In this document: in pieces, positions 1 through 13,370 of the stretch
Position numbering within the stretch: position 1 is the first letter of the stretch
Layout of the letters: each line of letters opens with the position of its first letter
NCBI GenBank assembly: GCA_964016885.1
Contig: OZ024743.1
Coordinates: 269,886,001-269,950,000 of the forward strand
DNA length: 64,000 nt
Direction: 5' to 3'
Source of the DNA: Eledone cirrhosa
Lineage: Eukaryota
Notes under the pieces: model-generated
Databases searched by the model: none
Told to the model about the DNA's origin: nothing
The model's input: only the letters and a program-made list of their open reading frames with translations
Translations under genes and position numbers: made by a program

Positions 1-3000
1 GTGTTGGTAGTAGTGTTTGAGGAGGTGTTGATGTTACTGGTGTTGGTAGTAGTGTTTGAGGTGGTTTTGATGTTAGTGGTGTTGGTAGTAGTGTTTGAGG
101 AGGTGTTGATGTTAGTGGTGTTGGTAGTAGTGTTTGAGGTGGTGTTGGTGTTAGTGGTGTTGGTAGTAGTGTTTGAGGTGTTGTTGGTGTTAGTGGTGTT
201 GGTAGTAGTGTTTGAGGTGGTGTTGGTGTTAGTGGTGTTGGTAGTAGTGTTTGAGGTGGTGTTGATTTTAGTGGTCTTGGTAGTAGTGTTTGAGGTGGTG
301 TTGATGTTAGTGGTGCTGGTAGTAGTGTTTGACGTGGTGTTGATGTTAGTGGTGTTGGTAGTAGTGTTTGAGGTGGTGTTGGTGTTAGTGGTGTTGGTAG
401 TAGTGTTTGAGGTGGTGTTGGTGTTAGTGGTGTTGGTAGTAGTGTTTGAGGTGGTGTTGATGTTAGTGGTGTTGGTAGTAGAGTTTGAGGTGGTGTTGAT
501 GTTAGTGATGTTGGTAGTAGTGTTTGAGGTGGTGTTGGTGTTAGTGATGTTGGTAGTAGTGTTTGAGGTGGTGTTGATGTTAGTGATGTTGGTAGTAGTG
601 TTTGAGGTGGTGTTGATGTTAGTGGTATTGGTAGTAGTGTTTGACGTGGTGTTGATGTTAGTGGTGTTGGTAGTAGTTTTTGATGTGGTATTGGCGTTAG
701 TGGTGTTGGTAGTAGTGTTTGAGGTGGTGTTGATGTAAGTGGTGTTGGTAGTAGTGTTTGAGGTGGTGTTGATGTTAGTGGTGTTGGTAGTAGTGTTTGA
801 GGTGGTGTTGATGTTAGTGGTGTTGGTAGTAGTGTTTGACGTGGTGTTGATGTTAGTGGTGTTTGTAGTAGTGTTTGACGTGGTGTTGATGTTAGTGGTG
901 TTGGTAGTAGTGTTTGAGGTGGTGTTGATGTTAGTGGTGTTGGTAGTAGTGTTTGAGGTGGTGTTGGTGTTAGTGGTGTTGGTAGTAGTGTTTGAGGTGG
1001 TGTTGATGTTAGTGGTGTTGGTAGTAGTGTTTGAGGTGGTGTTGATGTTAGTGGTGTTGGTAGTAGTGTTTAACGTGGTGTTGATGTTAGTGGTGTTGGG
1101 GGTAGTGTTTGAGGTGGTGTTGATGTTAGTGGTGTTGGTAGTAGTGTTTGAGGTGGTGTTGGTGTTAGTGGTGTTGGTAGTAGTGTTTGAGGTGGTGTTG
1201 ATTTTAGTGGTGTTGGTAGTAGTGTTTGAGGTGGTGTTGATGTTAGTGGTGTTGGTAGTAGTGTTTGAGGTGGTGTTGATGTTAGTGGTGTTGGTAGTAG
1301 TGTTTGAGGTGGTGTTGATGTTAGTGGTGTTGGTAGTAGTGTTGGAGGTGGTGTTGATGTTAGTGGTGTTGGTAGTAGTGTTTGAGGTGGTGTTGATGTT
1401 AGTGGTGTTGGTAGTAGTGTTTGAGGTGGTGTTGATCTTAGTGGTGATGGTAGTAGTGTTTGAGGTGGTGTTGATGTTAGAGGTGTTGGTAGTAGTGTTT
1501 GAGGTGGTGTTGATGTTAGTGGGGTTGGGGGTAGTGTTTGATGTGGTGTTGATATTAGTGGTGTTGGGGGTAGTGTTTGAGGTGGTGTTGATGTTAGTGG
1601 TGTTGGTAGTAGTGTTTGAGGTGGTGTTGGTGTTAGTGGTGTTGGTAGTAGTGTTTGAGGTGGTGTTGATTTTAGTGGTGTTGGTAGTAGTGTTTGAGGT
1701 GGTGTTGATGTTAGTGGTGATGGTAGTAGTGTTTGAGGTGGTGTTGATGTTAGAGGTGTTGGTAGTAGTGTTTGAGGTGGTGTTGATGTTAGTGGGGTTG
1801 GGGGTAGTGTTTGATGTGGTGTTGATGTTAGTGGTGTTGGGGGTAGTGTTTGAGGTGGTGTTGATGTTAGTGGTGTTGGTAGTAGTGTTTGAGGTGGTGT
1901 TGGTGTTAGTGGTGTTGGTAGTAGTGTTTGAGGTGGTGTTGATTTTAGTGGTGTTGGTAGTAGTGTTTGAGGTGGTGTTGATGTTAGTGGTGTTGGTAGT
2001 AGTGTTTAACGTGGTGTTGATGTTAGTGGTGTTGGGGGTAGTGTTTGAGGTGGTGTTGATCTTAGTGGTGTTGGTAGTAGTGTTTGAGGTGGTGTTGATG
2101 TTAGCGGTGTTGGTAGTAGTGTTTGGGGTGGTGTTGATGTTAGTGGTGTTGGTAGTAGTGTTTGGGGTGGTGTTGATGTTAGTGGTGTTGGGGTTAGTGT
2201 TTGAGGTGGTGTTGATGTTAGCGGTGTTGGTAGTAGTGTTTGAGGTGGTGTTGATGTTAGTGGTGTTGGTAGTAATGTTTGAGGTGGTGTTGATGTTAGT
2301 GGTGTTGATAGTAGTGTTTGAGGTGGTGTTGGTGTTAGTGGTGTTGGTAGTAGTGTTTGAGGTGTTGTTGATGTTAGTGGTGTTGGTAGTAGTGTTTAAT
2401 GTGGTGTTGATGTTAGTGGTGTTGGGGGTAGTGTTTGAGGTGGTGTTGATGTTAGTGGTGTTGGTAGTAGTGTTTGAGGTGGTTTTGATGTTAGTGGTGT
2501 TGGTAGTAGTGTTTGAGGAGGTGTTGATGTTAGTGGTGTTGGTAGTAGTGTTTGAGGTGGTGTTGGTGTTAGTGGTGTTGGTAGTAGTGTTTGAGGTGGT
2601 GTTGGTGTTAGTGGTGTTGGTAGTAGTGTTTGAGGTGTTGTTGGTGTTAGTGGTGTTGGTAGTAGTGTTTGAGGTGGTGTTGGTGTTAGTGGTGTTGGTA
2701 GTAGTGTTTGAGGTGGTGTTGATTTTAGTGGTCTTGGTAGTAGTGTTTGAGGTGGTGTTGATGTTAGTGGTGCTGGTAGTAGTGTTTGACGTGGTGTTGA
2801 TGTTAGTGGTGTTGGTAGTAGTGTTTGAGGTGGTGTTGGTGTTAGTGGTGTTGGTAGTAGTGTTTGAGGTGGTGTTGGTGTTAGTGGTGTTGGTAGTAGT
2901 GTTTGAGGTGGTGTTGATGTTAGTGGTGTTGGTAGTAGAGTTTGAGGTGGTGTTGATGTTAGTGATGTTGGTAGTAGTGTTTGAGGTGGTGTTGGTGTTA

Positions 3001-5818
3001 GTGATGTTGGTAGTAGTGTTTGAGGTGGTGTTGATGTTAGTGATGTTGGTAGTAGTGTTTGAGGTGGTGTTGATGTTAGTGGTATTGGTAGTAGTGTTTG
3101 ACGTGGTGTTGATGTTAGTGGTGTTGGTAGTAGTTTTTGATGTGGTATTGGCGTTAGTGGTGTTGGTAGTAGTGTTTGAGGTGGTGTTGATGTAAGTGGT
3201 GTTGGTAGTAGTGTTTGAGGTGGTGTTGATGTTAGTGGTGTTGGTAGTAGTGTTTGAGGTGGTGTTGATGTTAGTGGTGTTGGTAGTAGTGTTTGACGTG
3301 GTGTTGATGTTAGTGGTGTTTGTAGTAGTGTTTGACGTGGTGTTGATGTTAGTGGTGTTGGTAGTAGTGTTTGAGGTGGTGTTGATGTTAGTGGTGTTGG
3401 TAGTAGTGTTTGAGGTGGTGTTGGTGTTAGTGGTGTTGGTAGTAGTGTTTGAGGTGGTGTTGATGTTAGTGGTGTTGGTAGTAGTGTTTGAGGTGGTGTT
3501 GATGTTAGTGGTGTTGGTAGTAGTGTTTAACGTGGTGTTGATGTTAGTGGTGTTGGGGGTAGTGTTTGAGGTGGTGTTGATGTTAGTGGTGTTGGTAGTA
3601 GTGTTTGAGGTGGTGTTGGTGTTAGTGGTGTTGGTAGTAGTGTTTGAGGTGGTGTTGATTTTAGTGGTGTTGGTAGTAGTGTTTGAGGTGGTGTTGATGT
3701 TAGTGGTGTTGGTAGTAGTGTTTAACGTGGTGTTGATGTTAGTGGTGTTGGGGGTAGTGTTTGAGGTGGTGTTGATGTTAGTGGTGTTGGTAGTAGTGTT
3801 TGAGGTGGTGTTGATGTTAGTGGTGTTGGTAGTAGTGTTTGAGGTGGTGTTGATGTTAGTGGTGTTGGTAGTAGTGTTGGAGGTGGTGTTGATGTTAGTG
3901 GTGTTGGTAGTAGTGTTTGAGGTGGTGTTGATGTTAGTGGTGTTGGTAGTAGTGTTTGAGGTGGTGTTGATCTTAGTGGTGATGGTAGTAGTGTTTGAGG
4001 TGGTGTTGATGTTAGAGGTGTTGGTAGTAGTGTTTGAGGTGGTGTTGATGTTAGTGGGGTTGGGGGTAGTGTTTGATGTGGTGTTGATATTAGTGCTGTT
4101 GGTAGTAGTGTTTGAGGTGGTGTTGATCTTAGTGGTGTTGGTAGTAGTGTTTGAGGTGGTGTTGATGTTAGCGGTGTTGGTAGTAGTGTTTGGGGTGGTG
4201 TTGATGTTAGTGGTGTTGGTAGTAGTGTTTGGGGTGGTGTTGATGTTAGTGGTGTTGGGGTTAGTGTTTGAGGTGGTGTTGATGTTAGCGGTGTTGGTAG
4301 TAGTGTTTGAGGTGGTGTTGATATTAGTGGTGTTGGTAGTAATGTTTGAGGTGGTGTTGATGTTAGTGGTGTTGATAGTAGTGTTTGAGGTGGTGTTGGT
4401 GTTAGTGGTGTTGGTAGTAGTGTTTGAGGTGTTGTTGATGTTAGTGGTGTTGGTAGTAGTGTTTAATGTGGTGTTGATGTTAGTGGTGTTGGGGGTAGTG
4501 TTTGAGGTGGTGTTGATGTTAGTGGTGTTGGTAGTAGTGTTTGAGGTGGTTTTGATGTTAGTGGTGTTGGTAGTAGTGTTTGAGGAGGTGTTGATGTTAG
4601 TGGTGTTGGTAGTAGTGTTTGAGGTGGTGTTGGTGTTAGTGGTGTTGGTAGTAGTGTTTGAGGTGGTGTTGGTGTTAGTGGTGTTGGTAGTAGTGTTTGA
4701 GGTGGTGTTGATTTTAGTGGTGTTGGTAGTAGTGTTTGAGGTGGTGTTGATTTTAGTGGTGTTGGTAGTAGTGTTTGAGGTGGTGTTGATGTTAGTGGTG
4801 TTGGTAGTAGTGTTTGAGGTGGTGTTGATGTTAGTGGTGTTGGTAGTAGTGTTTGAGGTGGTGTTGATGTTAGTGGTGTTGGTAGTAGTGTTTGAGGTGG
4901 TGTTGATGTTAGTGGGGTTGGGGGTAGTGTTTGAAGTGGTGTTGATGTTAGTGGTGTTGGTAGTAGTGTTTGAGGTGGTGTTGATGTTAGTGGTATTGGT
5001 AGTAGTGTTTGAGGTGGTGTTGGTCTGAGTGGTGTTGGTAGTAGTGTTTGAGGAGGTGTTGATGTTAGTGGTGTTGGTAGTAGTGTTTGAGGTGGTTTTG
5101 ATGTTAGTGGTGTTGGTAGTAGTGTTTGAGGAGGTGTTGATGTTAGTGGTGTTGGTAGTAGTGTTTGAGGTGGTGTTGGTGTTAGTGGTGTTGGTAGTAG
5201 TGTTTGAGGTGGTGTTGGTGTTAGTGGTGTTGGTAGTAGTGTTTGAGGTGGTGTTGGTGTTAGTGGTGTTGGTAGTAGTGTTTGAGGTGGTGTTGATTTT
5301 AGTGGTGTTGGTAGTAGTGTTTGAGGTGGTGTTGATGTTAGTGGTGTTGGTAGTAGTGTTTGACGTGGTATTGATGTTAGTGGTGTTGGTAGTAGTGTTT
5401 GAGGTGGTGTTGGTGTTAGTGGTGTTGGTAGTAGTGTTTGAGGTGGTGTTGGTGTTAGTGGTGTTGGTAGTAGTGTTTGAGGTGGTGTTGATGTTAGTGG
5501 TGTTGGTAGTAGAGTTTGAGGTGGTGTTGATGTTAGTGATGTTGGTAGTAGTGTTTGAGGTGGTGTTGGTGTTAGTGATGTTGGTAGTAGTGTTTGAGGT
5601 GGTGTTGATGTTAGTGATGTTGGTAGTAGTTTTTGAGGTGGTGTTGATGTTAGTTGTGTTGGTAGTAGTGTTTGAGGTGGTGTTGGTGTTAGTGGTGTTG
5701 GTAGTAGTGTTTGAGGTGGTGTTGGTGTTAGTGGTGTTGGTAGTAGTGTTTGAGGTGGTGTTGATGTTAGTGGTGTTGGGAGTAGTGTTTGAGTTGGTGT
5801 TGATGTTAGTGGTGTTGG
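1..5818 (-). other. Start-less open frame encoding (TNINTTSNTTTNT)n, mucin-like Thr/Asn repeat; coding status unsupported
   Basis: The reverse complement reads ACT AAC ATC AAC ACC ACC TCA AAC ACT ACT ACC AAC ACC. I saw no in-frame stop or frameshift from 5818 to the window edge. There is no start codon, splice context or non-repetitive domain. Confidence 0.2.
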
Positions 5819-7989
5819 GGTAGTGTTTGAGGTGGTGTTGATGTTAGTGGTGTTGGTAGTAGTGTTTGAGGTGGTGTTGATGTTAGTGGTGTTGGTAGTA
5901 GTGTTTGAGGGGGTGTTGATGTTAGTGGGGTTGGGGGTAGTGTTTGAGGGGGTGTTGATGTTAGTGGTGTTGGTAGTAGTTTTTGAGGTGGTGTTGATGT
6001 TAGTGGTGTTGGTAGTAGTGTTTGAGGTGGTGTTGATGTTAGTGGTGTTGGTAGTAGTGTTTGAGGTGGTGTTGATGTTAGTGGTGTTGGTAGTAGTGTT
6101 TGAGGTGGTGTTGATGTTAGTGGGGTTGGGGATAGTGTTTGAAGTGGTGTTGATGTTAGTGGTATTGGTAGTAGTGTTTGAGGTGGTGTTGATGTTAGTG
6201 GTATTGGTAGTAGTGTTTGAGGTGGTGTTGGTCTGAGTGGTGTTGGTAGTAGTGTTTGAGGAGGTGTTGATGTTACTGGTGTTGGTAGTAGTGTTTGAGG
6301 TGGTTTTGATGTTAGTGGTGTTGGTAGTAGTGTTTGAGGAGGTGTTGATGTTAGTGGTGTTGGTAGTAGTGTTTGAGGTGGTGTTGGTGTTAGTGGTGTT
6401 GGTAGTAGTGTTTGAGGTGTTGTTGGTGTTAGTGGTGTTGGTAGTAGTGTTTGAGGTGGTGTTGGTGTTAGTGGTGTTGGTAGTAGTGTTTGAGGTGGTG
6501 TTGATTTTAGTGGTCTTGGTAGTAGTGTTTGAGGTGGTGTTGATGTTAGTGGTGCTGGTAGTAGTGTTTGACGTGGTGTTGATGTTAGTGGTGTTGGTAG
6601 TAGTGTTTGAGGTGGTGTTGGTGTTAGTGGTGTTGGTAGTAGTGTTTGAGGTGGTGTTGGTGTTAGTGGTGTTGGTAGTAGTGTTTGAGGTGGTGTTGAT
6701 GTTAGTGGTGTTGGTAGTAGAGTTTGAGGTGGTGTTGATGTTAGTGATGTTGGTAGTAGTGTTTGAGGTGGTGTTGGTGTTAGTGGTGTTGGTAGTAGTG
6801 TTTGAGGTGGTGTTGATGTTAGTGGTATTGGTAGTAGTGTTTGACGTGGTGTTGATGTTAGTGGTGTTGGTAGTAGTTTTTGATGTGGTATTGGCGTTAG
6901 TGGTGTTGGTAGTAGTGTTTGAGGTGGTGTTGATGTAAGTGGTGTTGGTAGTAGTGTTTGAGGTGGTGTTGATGTTAGTGGTGTTGGTAGTAGTGTTTGA
7001 GGTGGTGTTGATGTTAGTGGTGTTGGTAGTAGTGTTTGACGTGGTGTTGATGTTAGTGGTGTTTGTAGTAGTGTTTGACGTGGTGTTGATGTTAGTGGTG
7101 TTGGTAGTAGTGTTTGAGGTGGTGTTGATGTTAGTGGTGTTGGTAGTAGTGTTTGAGGTGGTGTTGGTGTTAGTGGTGTTGGTAGTAGTGTTTGAGGTGG
7201 TGTTGATGTTAGTGGTGTTGGTAGTAGTGTTTGAGGTGGTGTTGATGTTAGTGGTGTTGGTAGTAGTGTTTAACGTGGTGTTGATGTTAGTGGTGTTGGG
7301 GGTAGTGTTTGAGGTGGTGTTGATGTTAGTGGTGTTGGTAGTAGTGTTTGAGGTGGTGTTGGTGTTAGTGGTGTTGGTAGTAGTGTTTGAGGTGGTGTTG
7401 ATTTTAGTGGTGTTGGTAGTAGTGTTTGAGGTGGTGTTGATGTTAGTGGTGTTGGTAGTAGTGTTTAACGTGGTGTTGATGTTAGTGGTGTTGGGGGTAG
7501 TGTTTGAGGTGGTGTTGATGTTAGTGGTGTTGGTAGTAGTGTTTGAGGTGGTGTTGATGTTAGTGGTGTTGGTAGTAGTGTTTGAGGTGGTGTTGATGTT
7601 AGTGGTGTTGGTAGTAGTGTTGGAGGTGGTGTTGATGTTAGTGGTGTTGGTAGTAGTGTTTGAGGTGGTGTTGATGTTAGTGGTGTTGGTAGTAGTGTTT
7701 GAGGTGGTGTTGATCTTAGTGGTGATGGTAGTAGTGTTTGAGGTGGTGTTGATGTTAGAGGTGTTGGTAGTAGTGTTTGAGGTGGTGTTGATGTTAGTGG
7801 GGTTGGGGGTAGTGTTTGATGTGGTGTTGATATTAGTGGTGTTGGTAGTAGTGTTTGAGGTGGTGTTGATCTTAGTGGTGTTGGTAGTAGTGTTTGGGGT
7901 GGTGTTGATGTTAGTGGTGTTGGTAGTAGTGTTTGGGGTGGTGTTGATGTTAGTGGTGTTGGGGTTAGTGTTTGAGGTGGTGTTGATGT

Positions 7990-10900
7990 TAGCGGTGTTG
8001 GTAGTAGTGTTTGAGGTGGTGTTGATATTAGTGGTGTTGGTAGTAATGTTTGAGGTGGTGTTGATGTTAGTGGTGTTGATAGTAGTGTTTGAGGTGGTGT
8101 TGGTGTTAGTGGTGTTGGTAGTAGTGTTTGAGGTGTTGTTGATGTTAGTGGTGTTGGTAGTAGTGTTTAATGTGGTGTTGATGTTAGTGGTGTTGGGGGT
8201 AGTGTTTGAGGTGGTGTTGATGTTAGTGGTGTTGGTAGTAGTGTTTGAGGTGGTGTTGATGTTAGTGGTGTTGGTAGTAGTGTTTGAGGTGGTGTTGATG
8301 TTAGTGGTGTTGGTAGTAGTGTTTGAGGTGGTGTTGATGTTAGTGGTGTTGGTAGTAGTGTTTGAGGTGGTGTTGATGTTAGTTGTGTTGGTAGTAATGT
8401 TTGAGGTGGTGTTGGTGTTAGTGGTGTTGGTAGTAGTGTTTGAGGTGGTGTTGGTGTTAGTGGTGTTGGTAGTAGTGTTTGAGGTGGTGTTGATGTTAGT
8501 GGTGTTGGGAGTAGTGTTTGAGTTGGTGTTGATGTTAGTGGTGTTGGGGTAGTGTTTGAGGTGGTGTTGATGTTAGTGGTGTTGGTAGTAGTTTTTGAGG
8601 TGGTGTTGATGTTAGTGGTGTTGGTAGTAGTGTTTGAGGTGGTGTTGATGTTAGCGGTGTTGGTAGTAGTGTTTGAGGTGGTGTTGATGTTAGTGGTGTA
8701 GGTAGTAGTTTTTGAGGTGGTGTTGATGTTAGTGGTGTTGGTAGTAGTGTTTGAGGTGGTGTTGATGTTAGTGGTGTTGGGAGTAGTGTTTGAGTTGGTG
8801 TTGATGTTAGTGGTGTTGGGGTAGTGTTTGAGGTGGTGTTGATGTTAGTGGTGTTGGTAGTAGTTTTTGAGGTGGTGTTGATGTTAGTGGTGTTGGTAGT
8901 AGTGTTTGAGGTGGTGTTGATGTTAGCGGTGTTGGTAGTAGTGTTTGAGGTGGTGTTGATGTTAGTGGTGTTGGTAGTAGTGTTTGAGGTGGTGTTGATG
9001 TTAGCGGTGTTGGTAGTAGTGTTTGTGGTGGTGTTGATGTTAGTGGTGTTGGTAGTAGTGTTTGACGTGGTGTTGATGTTAGTGGTGTTGGTAGTAGTGT
9101 TTGAGGAGGTGTTGATGTTAGTGGTGTTGGTAGTAGTGTTTGAGGTGGTGTTGATGTTAGTTGTGTTGGTAGTAGTGTTTGAGGTGGTGTTGGTGTTAGT
9201 GGTGTTGGTAGTAGTGTTTGAGGTGGTGTTGGTGTTAGTGGTGTTGGTAGTAGTGTTTGAGGAGGTGTTGATGTTAGTGGTGTTGGTAGTAGTTTTTGAG
9301 GAGGTGTTGATGTTAGTGGTGTTGGGGGTAGTGTTTGAGGTGGTGTTGATGATAGTGGTGTTGGTAGTAGTTTTTGAGGTGGTGTTGATGTTAGTGGTGT
9401 TGGTAGTAGTGTTTGACGTGGTGTTGATGTTAGTGGTGTTGGTAGTAGTGTTTGAGGTGGTGTTGATGTTAGCGGTGTTGGTAGTAGTGTTTGACGTGGT
9501 GTTGATGTTAGTGGTGTTGGTAGTAGTGTTTGAGGTGGTGTTGATGTTAGCGGTGTTGGTAGTAGTGTTTGAGGTGGTGTTGATGTTAGTGGTGTTGGTA
9601 GTAGTGTTGGAGGTGGTGTTGATGTTAGTGGTGTTGGTAGTAGTGTTTGAGGTGGTGTTGATGTTAGTGGTGTTGGTAGTAGTGTTTGAGGTGGTGTTGA
9701 TGTTAGTGGTGTTGGTAGTAGTGTTTGACGTGGTGTTGATGTTAGTGGTGTTGGTAGTAGTGTTTGAGGTGGTGTTGATGTTAGCGGTGTTGGTAGTAGT
9801 GTTTGACGTGGTGTTGATGTTAGTGGTGTTGGTAGTAGTGTTTGAGGTGGTGTTGATGTTAGTGGTGTTGGTAGTAGTGTTGGAGGTGGTGTTGATGTTA
9901 GTGGTTTTGGTAGTAGTGTTTGAGGTGGTGTTGATGTTAGTGGTGTTGGTAGTAGTGTTTGAGGTGGTGTTGATGTTAGTGGTGTTGGTAGTAGTGTTTG
10001 AGGTGGTGTTGATGTTAGTGGTGTTGGTAGTAGTGTTTGAGGTGGTGTTGATGTTAGTGGGGTTGGGGATAGTGTTTGAAGTGGTGTTGATGTTAGTGGT
10101 ATTGGTAGTAGTGTTTGAGGTGGTGTTGATGTTAGTGGTATTGGTAGTAGTGTTTGAGGTGGTGTTGGTCTGAGTGGTGTTGGTAGTAGTGTTTGAGGAG
10201 GTGTTGATGTTACTGGTGTTGGTAGTAGTGTTTGAGGTGGTTTTGATGTTAGTGGTGTTGGTAGTAGTGTTTGAGGAGGTGTTGATGTTAGTGGTGTTGG
10301 TAGTAGTGTTTGAGGTGGTGTTGGTGTTAGTGGTGTTGGTAGTAGTGTTTGAGGTGTTGTTGGTGTTAGTGGTGTTGGTAGTAGTGTTTGAGGTGGTGTT
10401 GGTGTTAGTGGTGTTGGTAGTAGTGTTTGAGGTGGTGTTGATTTTAGTGGTCTTGGTAGTAGTGTTTGAGGTGGTGTTGATGTTAGTGGTGCTGGTAGTA
10501 GTGTTTGATGTGGTGTTGATGTTAGTGGTGTTGGTAGTAGTGTTTGAGGTGGTGTTGGTGTTAGTGGTGTTGGTAGTAGTGTTTGAGGTGGTGTTGGTGT
10601 TAGTGGTGTTGGTAGTAGTGTTTGAGGTGGTGTTGATGTTAGTGGTGTTGGTAGTAGAGTTTGAGGTGGTGTTGATATTAGTGGTGTTGGTAGTAATGTT
10701 TGAGGTGGTGTTGATGTTAGTGGTGTTGATAGTAGTGTTTGAGGTGGTGTTGGTGTTAGTGGTGTTGGTAGTAGTGTTTGAGGTGTTGTTGATGTTAGTG
10801 GTGTTGGTAGTAGTGTTTAATGTGGTGTTGATGTTAGTGGTGTTGGGGGTAGTGTTTGAGGTGGTGTTGATGTTAGTGGTGTTGGTAGTAGTGTTTGAGG

Positions 10901-13370
10901 TGGTGTTGATGTTAGTGGTGTTGGTAGTAGTGTTTGAGGTGGTGTTGATGTTAGTGGTGTTGGTAGTAGTGTTTGAGGTGGTGTTGATGTTAGTGGTGTT
11001 GGTAGTAGTGTTTGAGGTGGTGTTGATGTTAGTTGTGTTGGTAGTAATGTTTGAGGTGGTGTTGGTGTTAGTGGTGTTGGTAGTAGTGTTTGAGGTGGTG
11101 TTGGTGTTAGTGGTGTTGGTAGTAGTGTTTGAGGTGGTGTTGATGTTAGTGGTGTTGGGAGTAGTGTTTGAGTTGGTGTTGATGTTAGTGGTGTTGGGGT
11201 AGTGTTTGAGGTGGTGTTGATGTTAGTGGTGTTGGTAGTAGTTTTTGAGGTGGTGTTGATGTTAGTGGTGTTGGTAGTAGTGTTTGAGGTGGTGTTGATG
11301 TTAGCGGTGTTGGTAGTAGTGTTTGAGGTGGTGTTGATGTTAGTGGTGTAGGTAGTAGTTTTTGAGGTGGTGTTGATGTTAGTGGTGTTGGTAGTAGTGT
11401 TTGAGGTGGTGTTGATGTTAGTGGTGTTGGGAGTAGTGTTTGAGTTGGTGTTGATGTTAGTGGTGTTGGGGTAGTGTTTGAGGTGGTGTTGATGTTAGTG
11501 GTGTTGGTAGTAGTTTTTGAGGTGGTGTTGATGTTAGTGGTGTTGGTAGTAGTGTTTGAGGTGGTGTTGATGTTAGCGGTGTTGGTAGTAGTGTTTGAGG
11601 TGGTGTTGATGTTAGTGGTGTTGGTAGTAGTGTTTGAGGTGGTGTTGATGTTAGCGGTGTTGGTAGTAGTGTTTGTGGTGGTGTTGATGTTAGTGGTGTT
11701 GGTAGTAGTGTTTGACGTGGTGTTGATGTTAGTGGTGTTGGTAGTAGTGTTTGAGGAGGTGTTGATGTTAGTGGTGTTGGTAGTAGTGTTTGAGGTGGTG
11801 TTGATGTTAGTTGTGTTGGTAGTAGTGTTTGAGGTGGTGTTGGTGTTAGTGGTGTTGGTAGTAGTGTTTGAGGTGGTGTTGGTGTTAGTGGTGTTGGTAG
11901 TAGTGTTTGAGGAGGTGTTGATGTTAGTGGTGTTGGTAGTAGTTTTTGAGGAGGTGTTGATGTTAGTGGTGTTGGGGGTAGTGTTTGAGGTGGTGTTGAT
12001 GATAGTGGTGTTGGTAGTAGTTTTTGAGGTGGTGTTGATGTTAGTGGTGTTGGTAGTAGTGTTTGACGTGGTGTTGATGTTAGTGGTGTTGGTAGTAGTG
12101 TTTGAGGTGGTGTTGATGTTAGCGGTGTTGGTAGTAGTGTTTGACGTGGTGTTGATGTTAGTGGTGTTGGTAGTAGTGTTTGAGGTGGTGTTGATGTTAG
12201 CGGTGTTGGTAGTAGTGTTTGAGGTGGTGTTGATGTTAGTGGTGTTGGTAGTAGTGTTGGAGGTGGTGTTGATGTTAGTGGTGTTGGTAGTAGTGTTTGA
12301 GGTGGTGTTGATGTTAGTGGTGTTGGTAGTAGTGTTTGAGGTGGTGTTGATGTTAGTGGTGTTGGTAGTAGTGTTTGACGTGGTGTTGATGTTAGTGGTG
12401 TTGGTAGTAGTGTTTGAGGTGGTGTTGATGTTAGCGGTGTTGGTAGTAGTGTTTGACGTGGTGTTGATGTTAGTGGTGTTGGTAGTAGTGTTTGAGGTGG
12501 TGTTGATGTTAGCGGTGTTGGTAGTAGTGTTTGAGGTGGTGTTGATGTTAGTGGTGTTGGTAGTAGTGTTGGAGGTGGTGTTGATGTTAGTGGTTTTGGT
12601 AGTAGTGTTTGAGGTGGTGTTGATGTTAGTGGTGTTGGTAGTAGTGTTTGAGGTGGTGTTGATGTTAGTGGTGTTGGTAGTAGTGTTTGAGGTGGTGTTG
12701 ATGTTAGTGGTGTTGGTAGTAGTGTTTGAGGTGGTGTTGATGTTAGTGGGGTTGGGGATAGTGTTTGAAGTGGTGTTGATGTTAGTGGTATTGGTAGTAG
12801 TGTTTGAGGTGGTGTTGATGTTAGTGGTATTGGTAGTAGTGTTTGAGGTGGTGTTGGTCTGAGTGGTGTTGGTAGTAGTGTTTGAGGAGGTGTTGATGTT
12901 ACTGGTGTTGGTAGTAGTGTTTGAGGTGGTTTTGATGTTAGTGGTGTTGGTAGTAGTGTTTGAGGAGGTGTTGATGTTAGTGGTGTTGGTAGTAGTGTTT
13001 GAGGTGGTGTTGGTGTTAGTGGTGTTGGTAGTAGTGTTTGAGGTGTTGTTGGTGTTAGTGGTGTTGGTAGTAGTGTTTGAGGTGGTGTTGGTGTTAGTGG
13101 TGTTGGTAGTAGTGTTTGAGGTGGTGTTGATTTTAGTGGTCTTGGTAGTAGTGTTTGAGGTGGTGTTGATGTTAGTGGTGCTGGTAGTAGTGTTTGATGT
13201 GGTGTTGATGTTAGTGGTGTTGGTAGTAGTGTTTGAGGTGGTGTTGGTGTTAGTGGTGTTGGTAGTAGTGTTTGAGGTGGTGTTGGTGTTAGTGGTGTTG
13301 GTAGTAGTGTTTGAGGTGGTGTTGATGTTAGTGGTGTTGGTAGTAGAGTTTGAGGTGGTGTTGATGTTAG
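7990..13370. repeat. Higher-order tandem duplication, period 2650-2689 bp (68-69 units)
   Basis: ORF-boundary markers: 8552 to 11202 and 8824 to 11474 (2650 = 68x39-2), 10173 to 12862 (2689, one extra unit). The rare TTTGTGGTG variant is shared (about 9025 and 11675). Ends are approximate. Confidence 0.8.

Noticed and set aside
19-33. Shine-Dalgarno-like GAGGAGGT upstream of ATG in GAGGAG variant units
   Set aside because: It arises from one substitution in a G-rich repeat and precedes only artefactual ORFs.
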